This document shows, piece by piece, positions 28,622 through 36,519 of a stretch of DNA of 64,000 bases. The notes under the pieces were generated by a model. That model did not search any database and was not told the DNA's origin. It saw only the letters and a program-made list of their open reading frames with translations. Source of the DNA: an uncultured Steroidobacter sp. (GTDB lineage Bacteria > Pseudomonadota > Gammaproteobacteria > Steroidobacterales > Steroidobacteraceae); the NCBI GenBank assembly GCA_964457865.1, contig CAYWHG010000001.1:54193-118192 (forward strand), read 5' to 3'. The position numbers and the translations under genes are program-made. How positions within the stretch are numbered: position 1 is the stretch's first letter; the number at the start of each line of letters is the position of its first letter.

Positions 28622-29951
28622 GTGGAACAGGCGGCGCGTTCTGCGCGGCATGGTGAACGGCGGGTTGGTAACCGTAGGCCTGCCGCTCCTGAATTGTTTC
28701 CTGAACGACAGCGGCACTGCTCTTGCCGACGGGCGACCGTTGCCAGTGCGGTTCGGAACCTGGTTCTGGGGATGCGGCATGAGCGCCAAGGTATTCGTGC
28801 CGAAGAAGCACGGCGCAGGGTACGACCTGCCTGAGGAGATCAAGGCGTTCGCGCCTGTTCAGCAGCACATGAACCTGTTGACGAACTTCTCGGCGTTCCT
28901 CGATGGCAACGAGAACCTCTGTCACTTCTCCGGCTGGGTAGCGACGCGCGCGGGCTCAGCACCGAAGTCGCGCGAAGATCGTCCCGGCGAAACGCTGGAC
29001 ATCACGATCGCAAACCAGATCAGTCGCACGACGCGGTTCAAGACGCTGACCGCCACGGCGACGGGCGAACCGCGCACGACCGTGAGCTACGAAGGGGTCA
29101 ATTCGCCGACGATGCCGGAGTACACGCCGTTGCATCTGTACCAGCGCATCTTCGGGTCGGAATTTCAGGATCCGAACGCCGCTACATTCACGCCCAGTCC
29201 GACGATTCTGGCTCGCAGAAGCGTGCTGTCGGGCGTGATGGATGACGTCAAGAAGGTCAACCGGCGCGTTGGCGCCGAAGACAGGGCGAGACTCGATCAG
29301 TACTTCACCAGCCTGCGTCATCTGGAGCAGCAGCTCGATACACAGTTGCAGCGTCCCGAACCGATCGCCGCATGCCGTGCTCCGAAGCCAATGCAACAGG
29401 ATGTCCAGCCGGGTCGCGACGCGGACATTGTGGCCACGCGGCACAGGATGATGGCCGAGTTCATCGCGATGGCACTGGCCTGTGATCAGACGCGGGTCTT
29501 CAATCTGACCTACTCCGCGCCGTTCTCGGACACGGTGAGAGCCGGGTACGAGCGGCCGCATCATTCATCGACGCATGAAGAAGGAATCGACGACCACCTC
29601 GGATACCAGCCGGAGGTGTCGTGGTTCACCCGCCAGGCAATGGGTTCGTGGGTGGAGCTTGTGCAGACCCTGGCAAGCGTGAAGGAGGGGAGCGGTACGC
29701 TGTTGGACAACTGCTTCATCATGGCCAACTCCGACCATGGACTCGCACGCATCCATTCGCTGGATGGGATGGCAATGTTTACTGCGGGCAAGGCCGGCGG
29801 ACAGTTGAAGACAGGATTGCATATTGACGGTGCGGGCAGTCCCACGACACGGCTCAGCTATACGGCGTTGCGCGTCCTGGGTGTCAATGCGAACTCCTTT
29901 GGCGTCAAGAGCAATGCCACGTCGAAGGAGATTTCGGAGATTCTCGTTTAG
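28614..29951 (+). CDS. DUF1552 domain protein with Tat-like signal
   Basis: NRRRVLRG..VGLPLL, RLDQYFTSLRHLEQQL, ALACDQTRV, HHSSTH and EGSGTLLDN; overlaps the DUF1592 gene. Confidence 0.85.
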   Translation: MSKWNRRRVLRGMVNGGLVTVGLPLLNCFLNDSGTALADGRPLPVRFGTWFWGCGMSAKVFVPKKHGAGYDLPEEIKAFAPVQQHMNLLTNFSAFLDGNENLCHFSGWVATRAGSAPKSREDRPGETLDITIANQISRTTRFKTLTATATGEPRTTVSYEGVNSPTMPEYTPLHLYQRIFGSEFQDPNAATFTPSPTILARRSVLSGVMDDVKKVNRRVGAEDRARLDQYFTSLRHLEQQLDTQLQRPEPIAACRAPKPMQQDVQPGRDADIVATRHRMMAEFIAMALACDQTRVFNLTYSAPFSDTVRAGYERPHHSSTHEEGIDDHLGYQPEVSWFTRQAMGSWVELVQTLASVKEGSGTLLDNCFIMANSDHGLARIHSLDGMAMFTAGKAGGQLKTGLHIDGAGSPTTRLSYTALRVLGVNANSFGVKSNATSKEISEILV

Positions 29952-29972
29952 TGCCTCACGAGTGGAACTGAA

Positions 29973-31364
29973 ATGCGTCGATCTGTCCGAACCACCATTC
30001 TGCTCGCCGTCAATGTTCTCGTCTGTGCCGCAAGCGCGCACGCGGATGTCGCTGGCAGCTATCGGCCGCCAGTGAAGGAAGTGGAGGACTACAAGCGCGA
30101 ACCTCTGCCGCCTGGATTCAGCGTGCAGCTGACGGATGTGGATGGTCCGGTGTTCGCCGCGCCAGGCGGTCTGACGCTGTACACGTGGCCAACTGAAACG
30201 TTGCGCAATGGAGAGGCGGGCGAGCATCCAGACCAGCCGACGTGTGACAACACCCGTTACTCGGCGAATGCGGGATACATGACTCCCTATCCCGCCGGGC
30301 TGATACTTCCGGATCTGGAACAGCGTCCCACGTGTGCGGATCTGTGGCGACCGGTGGTTGCGAATGCGGACGCCAAAGCCGTGGGCAAATTCACGATCGT
30401 TGCGCGCGCTGACGGCAGCAGGCAATGGGCCTACGGCCGCTACGCGGTTTATACCTCTATTCTGGACAAGCAGCCGGGTCAGGTGAACGGCGCATCGAGG
30501 CGCGAGCGTCGTTACGATGCTGCGGTGGGTCGCCGCCCGATCGGGCCATCTCCGAATGTGCCGCCCGCGTTCGATGTGAAGCCGCATGCGACCGGTCGGT
30601 TGGTGGTGACCCGCGACAGCAAGTCCGTGTACACGTGGGATGGCGATGAGCCGGATAAATCGAACTGTCACGGCGCCTGCGTCGAACAATGGGCGCCTGT
30701 TGTCGCTGGTGCGCTCGCGGTTCCCCAGGGCGAGTGGAAGATCATTGAACGCTCACCAGGCGTGAAGCAGTGGTCGTTCCGCGGCAAGCCGCTCTATACC
30801 CATGTGGCCGATCGGCGGCTGCGCAGCCTGGAAGGCAGCGACACACCGGGCTGGCACAACGTCTACACGCAGAAGACTCCTGAGCCACCCGCGGGATTCA
30901 CGGCCCAGGATTCGCGTATCGGGCAGTTGCTTGCCGATCAGAACGGAAAGACGCTTTACCTCTACAACTGCGGCGAGGACACGGTCGATCAGCTGGCCTG
31001 CGATCATCCGACAACCACGCAGGCCTATCGCCTTGCCGTCTGCGGCAATGGCGATGTTGCTCTCTGCAACAAGACCTGGCGCTACGTGCCGGCTGCCGAC
31101 AACGCGGCAAGCAACAATCTGATCTGGGGTGTCGCGTGGATCGATCCCGCGACAGGCAGGTTTGCACAGGCGGGTGCCACAGGTGCGCTGCATGTCTGGA
31201 CCTTCCGCGATCGACCCATCTACACCTTCGTTGACGATGCAAAACCTGGAGACGCCAACGGCGATGCCTGGGGTGAGTTCTGGGGCAACAGGAATGGCTT
31301 CAAAGCGTTCTGGCTGCGAGATGACTTCACGAGTGCCGGCCGGGCGGGTGGCAACGCGGACTAG
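29973..31364 (+). CDS. Secreted protein with three COG4315/Lipoprotein_15-like repeat units, Cys-rich
   Basis: Signal peptide; recurring GxTLY..C..C..W.P....QW.[YF].G.P[LI]YT pattern three times. Confidence 0.72.
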   Translation: MRRSVRTTILLAVNVLVCAASAHADVAGSYRPPVKEVEDYKREPLPPGFSVQLTDVDGPVFAAPGGLTLYTWPTETLRNGEAGEHPDQPTCDNTRYSANAGYMTPYPAGLILPDLEQRPTCADLWRPVVANADAKAVGKFTIVARADGSRQWAYGRYAVYTSILDKQPGQVNGASRRERRYDAAVGRRPIGPSPNVPPAFDVKPHATGRLVVTRDSKSVYTWDGDEPDKSNCHGACVEQWAPVVAGALAVPQGEWKIIERSPGVKQWSFRGKPLYTHVADRRLRSLEGSDTPGWHNVYTQKTPEPPAGFTAQDSRIGQLLADQNGKTLYLYNCGEDTVDQLACDHPTTTQAYRLAVCGNGDVALCNKTWRYVPAADNAASNNLIWGVAWIDPATGRFAQAGATGALHVWTFRDRPIYTFVDDAKPGDANGDAWGEFWGNRNGFKAFWLRDDFTSAGRAGGNAD

Positions 31365-31379
31365 TGTGCGACCTCTTCA

Positions 31380-32540
31380 ATGAGGGACGGGGTGTTTGCA
31401 ATGAGAATGAGCAAGACGGCGCTTCTGTGTGCCGCTACCAGTTGTGTGCTTGCATATGGCGTCGCCGATAGTGCGCGGGCGGCCGACGCATCGAGCGCGG
31501 ATCCGCTGAATCCCTTGCAACTCACCAGCGATGGTCGACTCGCCTATGTGATCACCTCACGGCATTGGGCCGTCTATGCCGATGGTGATGTAAGGAAGAA
31601 TTGCCCCAATGGACTGAATGGTGGTCCGCGAGAGCAGTTCGAGCAGCGCTTCCCCAGCAACGGAACCAGGCGGACGCTGCTTGAAACGCAGCTGATGCGC
31701 GAAGGCGACCAATGGTTTCCTTCCGCGGAGCCGGACCGGTTCACTTTCAGGGAAGTGTCGAGCAGGATTTCATACGGAATGAATCTGGATGGGCAGGTGA
31801 CGCCCGACGATTTCGTCGGTCCGGAAGGCGAGACGGGCGTCGACAACCAGCTCTATCGCGCCATCGGGTGTATTGCCGGATATCGACCCCCCAACGGGCC
31901 GCACAGGGAAAGCGAGTCTCAGAATGTTCCTCGCTACAACTACAACCGTTTCGTGATCGAGCTCACCGGTGTGGATAGCCTTGCGAATGACGACGCAGTC
32001 GTCGTCAAGAGCTATCGCGGTCTGGATCCGCTGATGACCGATGCCAGCGGCACTTCATACATTCCCGGAACGACGCAGCAGATCGATGAGCGCTGGGGCG
32101 CGTTCGCCGAGTCGACATGGAATGGGCGCATTGTCGATGGCGTGTTGATCACCGAACCGGCCGACCTGACGATGCCCGCGGCGTTGAGCTTCGGTACGAC
32201 GGCCAACCATACGCTGAAGGATTATCGTTTCCGTCTGACGCTGACGCCGGAGCATGCGAAGGGGATCATGGCGGGCTATGTCGATGTCGACGCATTCATC
32301 CGTCATCTGAATGTTTCGACTGCCACCGCTATCGCAAGCTACGGACAACTGTCATCGCCATCGCTTTATCGGGCGATGCGCCGGCTGGCCGACGGACATC
32401 CCGATCCAGAAAGCGGCCAGAACACGTCGATCTCTTCCGCGCTGGAAGTCGAGTTCGTACGCGTGTTCCTGGCGCCGCGATCGACTGACCAGGTTGCCCA
32501 TGCTCAGTCGAAGTCGAAACAGGCGGCCAACAATCGTTGA
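31380..32540 (+). CDS. Secreted hypothetical protein
   Basis: 386-aa ORF in operon spacing with a signal peptide (KTALLCAATSCVLAYGVADSARA). No family recognised. Confidence 0.7.
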   Translation: MRDGVFAMRMSKTALLCAATSCVLAYGVADSARAADASSADPLNPLQLTSDGRLAYVITSRHWAVYADGDVRKNCPNGLNGGPREQFEQRFPSNGTRRTLLETQLMREGDQWFPSAEPDRFTFREVSSRISYGMNLDGQVTPDDFVGPEGETGVDNQLYRAIGCIAGYRPPNGPHRESESQNVPRYNYNRFVIELTGVDSLANDDAVVVKSYRGLDPLMTDASGTSYIPGTTQQIDERWGAFAESTWNGRIVDGVLITEPADLTMPAALSFGTTANHTLKDYRFRLTLTPEHAKGIMAGYVDVDAFIRHLNVSTATAIASYGQLSSPSLYRAMRRLADGHPDPESGQNTSISSALEVEFVRVFLAPRSTDQVAHAQSKSKQAANNR

Positions 32541-32567
32541 ACCGGATCGCAGCGCGGACATCGTGCG

Positions 32568-32593
32568 TCCCTCCCCCGCAGGTGGAGGAGGGA
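32568..32593. terminator. GC-rich hairpin (REP-like or bidirectional terminator) between convergent operons
   Basis: TCCCTCCCCC-GCAGGT-GGAGGAGGGA, 10-bp stem with one mismatch. Confidence 0.4.
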
Positions 32594-32637
32594 GCGGAAA
32601 GGAAAGTACACGCTTATCTGGTTGCGGCCGTGTACTG

Positions 32638-33948
32638 CTAGCGTTGTTGCTTGACCTGGGCTGGTTCGACTGCACCCGCATTGTTGCCCCAGCTGTTTCG
32701 TATGAAGCTCAACAGCGCCGCAACCTCTTCGTCCGAGAGCTTGTCGCGGTATGGTTCCATTGCCTTCCATCGCCGCTGCAGCCACAGATCCGAGGGTGCG
32801 TCGTGCGGCAGATCAGGGCCGTCAAGTGTCACATTGATCAGTGATGCAGGATCAGGTGCGAGTGCGATGGGGCTGCCGACAAGGGGCGGCGCGGTGGTTG
32901 GCGATCCCATGCCCGTGGGCAGGTGGCACGTGCCGCAGTGGATCGAATAGAGCAAGTCGCCCTTCGACAAGGTCTGCGCGTCCGGCTTCTTCGTGCCGGT
33001 CTGCTCAACCGGGGGTAGTGACTTCAGATACACGGCCATTGCGCGTACATCGCTCTGTGTCATGTGCCGCGTGCTGTTCATCACGACTTCGTTCATCGGG
33101 CCCAGAACACCAGCGTGGTCGCTGACGCCCAATTTCAGATAGGAGGTCACATCGTCGACAGACCATGCTGCAAGCCCGCTGGGCGCAGAGGTCAGGTTCG
33201 TGGAAGACCAGGTTCGCAATTTTCCATCCGTGAGATGGCTCTGGACTCCTCCCGTCAGTGCCTGCTCCGAACTCTCCGCGCCGAGAAAGTTGCGGGGCGA
33301 ATGGCAGGCGCTGCAATGCGCAAGTCCCTGGACGAGATAGGCACCGCGATTCCACTCCTGCGACTCACCCGCGTCTGGTGTGAACCGCTCCGCATCAAGG
33401 AAGAGGGCCTTCCAGGCGCCAAGCAGCCAGCGCTGGTTGTAGGGAAAGCGTAGTGTGTTGTCCGGTGGCGTGTAGCGAACCGCAGCGACGCTGCGGAAGA
33501 AACTCCAGAGCGCCTTCGCATCCGTATCCGTGATGTTCGTGAATGCGGTGTAAGGGAAGGCCGGATACAGATGGACGCCATCGGGTCGAATGCCTTTACG
33601 CAAGGCGCGTATGAACTGCTCTTCGCTCCAGCTGCCGATGCCGGTGTCCTTGTCCGCGGTGATATTGGTCGAATAGATCGTGCCGAATTGCGTTGGGAAT
33701 GCCACGCCGCCGGCGAACGGTTCACCATCGCTGCGGGTGTGACAGCTCGTGCAATTGGCTGCCACGGCGAGATAGCGCCCGCGTTCTACGGCCTCATGAT
33801 CGATGTCCTCTGCGTTTGCGGGCGTCTGCAGAGAACACAATGCGCATGCGAAGACGGCGAGCAGCCCGAGCGCATGCCTGATGGATCGATTGGGGTGGGC
33901 GTGTGACCTCGCGTGGACGCAAGGGCTTCGCTTCGTGATCCGTCTCAT
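32638..33948 (-). CDS. Triheme cytochrome c (dehydrogenase cytochrome-subunit family)
   Basis: CTSCH, CSACH and CGTCH; RGRYL..FAGG..FGTIYSTNIT..GIGSW and LYPAFPY. Confidence 0.9.
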   Translation of the reverse strand: MRRITKRSPCVHARSHAHPNRSIRHALGLLAVFACALCSLQTPANAEDIDHEAVERGRYLAVAANCTSCHTRSDGEPFAGGVAFPTQFGTIYSTNITADKDTGIGSWSEEQFIRALRKGIRPDGVHLYPAFPYTAFTNITDTDAKALWSFFRSVAAVRYTPPDNTLRFPYNQRWLLGAWKALFLDAERFTPDAGESQEWNRGAYLVQGLAHCSACHSPRNFLGAESSEQALTGGVQSHLTDGKLRTWSSTNLTSAPSGLAAWSVDDVTSYLKLGVSDHAGVLGPMNEVVMNSTRHMTQSDVRAMAVYLKSLPPVEQTGTKKPDAQTLSKGDLLYSIHCGTCHLPTGMGSPTTAPPLVGSPIALAPDPASLINVTLDGPDLPHDAPSDLWLQRRWKAMEPYRDKLSDEEVAALLSFIRNSWGNNAGAVEPAQVKQQR

Positions 33949-34322
33949 GCTGCGTTGTCCGCGCCGGCAGGTCGGGCAGTCCAGGATCTGCAGTGGCCAC
34001 CTGGGTTCACCGGACCGCCGTTGAACATGTCACATCGGCCGCACGATTCACCGGCTGCCGGCGCGTGGAAGAATGCGCATCCTGCACAGACGCTTTGCGG
34101 GTCTGGCGATGCTTCGACATACCCCACTGCATTGCGCGTGTTGCTCTCGGTCGTGCTCAGGTTGCTCGGATCGGCGCAAACAGGCGCGGCTTTTGCGGTT
34201 TCCTGTTTACCGCCACAGGCGGTCAGCACCGATCCGGCGGCTACGCCAGCCGACAGCTGCAGGCCTCGCAGCAGCAACTGACGGCGGCTGATGTGTGCGC
34301 CCGCAAAGTCACGATCTCTCAT
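33945..34322 (-). CDS. High-potential iron-sulfur protein (HiPIP) with Tat signal
   Basis: SRRQLL signal; CAGCAFF...CGRCDMF.GGPVNPGGHCRSW four-Cys pattern. Confidence 0.85.
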   Translation of the reverse strand: MRDRDFAGAHISRRQLLLRGLQLSAGVAAGSVLTACGGKQETAKAAPVCADPSNLSTTESNTRNAVGYVEASPDPQSVCAGCAFFHAPAAGESCGRCDMFNGGPVNPGGHCRSWTARPAGADNAA

Positions 34323-34662
34323 CGTCAGTACCTCAGGTAGTTGTATCGTCGAGACGCCGCGCCTGTCCCGGAGCGTCCGGCTGTTTTCCGGTTCGGGATG
34401 GACGCGGACGCATGTCTTGAAGTTCTCGGCTGCGGGTGATGAAGGCGGGCACGTCGGGCGTATCCCTTGCGGGCAGTTGTTCGCTCACGCGCTCACGCCA
34501 CATCACGGTCGTCTTGCCGGGAACGGGCGCTGAGGCGTCTGCTGCCGCAGACTCCAGGGAATTGATCATGTATGCCGATGGGGTCCACATGTCGTTTCAG
34601 GGAGACTGTGCCCATTGGGCACTCGTGCGGGCGAAGGATCGTATCTCTGGCCCGCAGCGAAC

Positions 34663-34689
34663 ATGAGAATATCATTCCGAAAAGAGAAC
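34663..34689. promoter_or_regulatory. Operator between HiPIP/cytochrome (-) and SBP-2 (+)
   Basis: ATGAGAATATCATTCCGAA matches the 19356 site at 16/19 and is followed by a third half-site AAGAGAAC. Confidence 0.6.
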
Positions 34690-34814
34690 GCAATACAGTT
34701 TGCATCAGGACCGTCGGCGCCGGTGCACCACTGGGAGTGCGCCGGCGATGCTTGACCCTTTGCGCGTACTTCCGACAATGTTCGATAGACAGTCGGCAGC
34801 AATCGAGGCAGGCG

Positions 34815-35909
34815 ATGCAGATCTTCACGGGAATAATGATGATGATCGGGGGTGTGGCGAGCCTCGTGGTTTCGCTCCCGTGCCGTGCGAGCGACAAGGC
34901 GCTGACAGAGATTGTGATCGGCTTGCCGAGCGCTTCGAGTCTCAACTACTGCATGTTCACTGCGGCCATGGATCTAGGCTACTTCGCGCAGGAAGGCATC
35001 AAGCTTCGCCTGCAGGAGTTGCAGGGAGGTGCCGTCGTCATGTCGCAGGTCGCGACGCAGGCAATACCTATCGGTGCTGGTACCCCGGATCCTCTGGTCA
35101 TCGCGAACCAACCCGGCAGGAAGCGGTTGCCGCTCAAGTTCTTCTACAACCAGACGCGCGAGTACAACTGGGAATTCGTTGTGCCGGTGGGTAGCGGCAT
35201 CAAGTCGATCTCGGGGTTGCGAGGCAAGAAGATCGGCGTGGGAGCATTGACGAACTCTCACATGCCGGTATCGCGAATGATCCTGAAGGGCAGCGGTCTT
35301 CAGCAGAACAGGGACTACCAGTTGATTGGCATCGGTGCCGAAGGGCCTGCGTTCAAGGCACTGCTCGATGGCCGGGTCGATGCCTACATTACGTATTCGA
35401 CGAACAGGGCGCGTTTTGAAACGCTGGCGGGTGCTGCGCAACTACGAGCACTTCCGATTGCCGACAAATTCCAGACGCTGTTTCAGAACGGCTTCTTTGC
35501 ACATGAAGATGCTGTACGAGACCGTCCGCAGATGCTGATCGGGTTCGGGCGTGCCACCGCCAAGGCCACGATCTTCTGCCGGCGCGCACTGGACTTCTGC
35601 ATCCGCAGCTACTGGCGGCATTTCCCCAACCTGAAGCCTCGGACCGGCACGGAGGAAGAGAATGCCCGCAAGCTTGCGCAGGCACTTCAGGAGCCATGGA
35701 ATGCGTACTTCGCATTTCCTGCAGGCCAGGCACCCCGTTTCGGCGAGTATCCGGCGGAGGCATGGAAAACCCTGGTGGGGATTCTCCAGGAAGGTGGAGA
35801 AGTAGCGACCATGTACGATCCCGGGCTGCTGTACACCAATGACCTGATCACCCGAATCAACGATTTCGATCACGCCGCAATCGAGAAGCAGGCCGTGAGG
35901 CCTCGATAG
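34815..35909 (+). CDS. ABC-type substrate-binding protein, NMT1/THI5/SsuA family (SBP-2)
   Basis: DLGYFAQEGIKL, LPLKFFYNQ and LRGKKIGV; start re-assigned to ATG 34815. Confidence 0.85.
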   Translation: MQIFTGIMMMIGGVASLVVSLPCRASDKALTEIVIGLPSASSLNYCMFTAAMDLGYFAQEGIKLRLQELQGGAVVMSQVATQAIPIGAGTPDPLVIANQPGRKRLPLKFFYNQTREYNWEFVVPVGSGIKSISGLRGKKIGVGALTNSHMPVSRMILKGSGLQQNRDYQLIGIGAEGPAFKALLDGRVDAYITYSTNRARFETLAGAAQLRALPIADKFQTLFQNGFFAHEDAVRDRPQMLIGFGRATAKATIFCRRALDFCIRSYWRHFPNLKPRTGTEEENARKLAQALQEPWNAYFAFPAGQAPRFGEYPAEAWKTLVGILQEGGEVATMYDPGLLYTNDLITRINDFDHAAIEKQAVRPR

Positions 35910-36438
35910 GCGCGGCAGACGCGTGACCAGCGCGATCCATTGCAGATCGTGGCTGTCCTGCTCAGGGGCGTGTCGCATGCCTCACCGTGCGATTTGAGCA
36001 GCATGCCCAGTACCTGCAGCCGTCACAGGCGCAAACGAAAATCAGGCGACGCCCGGTCGCCGGCGTGACACTCCGCAATCATAGTCATCACCGGTGCGCA
36101 CCAATCTGCTGCGTTGCGGGAGCTTGTCGGGTTGTTCAGTGGCGGCGCGTCGAAGAGACGATCAGTGCGTTGACAAGGCATCAGACGGAGATTCGTTGCG
36201 CTGCAAGCATCGTCGGCCGGCGCGTGAATCCCTGGCGGGAGATGGATCGGCGGATTCGCGCCGAAATCGACGCGACACAGCATCATGTTGCGGGACACCT
36301 GGAACTCTGAAATCTGCGCCTTCATGCAGCAGGCAAGCTTCACGACGCACATTCTGGGGGCGCCTCATCTTCCCGGCGATAGCACATCTTTGTGACGGGC
36401 GAAGACCGGTCTTGCCTGTGAATACATTTCCGGTCTAG

Positions 36439-36489
36439 GATCGAATATGTGAACGAGGTACGCAATTGTGATTGTTCGCATATCGGAAC
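36439..36489 (+). promoter_or_regulatory. Tandem operators upstream of the TonB-dependent receptor
   Basis: GATCGAATATGTGAAC (36439-36454) and GTTCGCATATCGGAAC (36474-36489), the latter followed by GTGCTACAAAAT (-10-like). Confidence 0.6.
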
Positions 36490-36519
36490 GGCAGTGCTAC
36501 AAAATTTTGGGGAGGCGTT

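Noticed and set aside
34333-34590. 85-aa minus-strand ORF upstream of HiPIP
   Set aside because: No recognisable motif and low-complexity Arg/Pro content. Its stop abuts the HiPIP RBS, so it cannot be excluded, but it is unsupported.
35910-36430. Riboswitch or sRNA upstream of the TonB receptor
   Set aside because: No cobalamin or TPP consensus elements recognised; an Infernal/Rfam scan would be needed.
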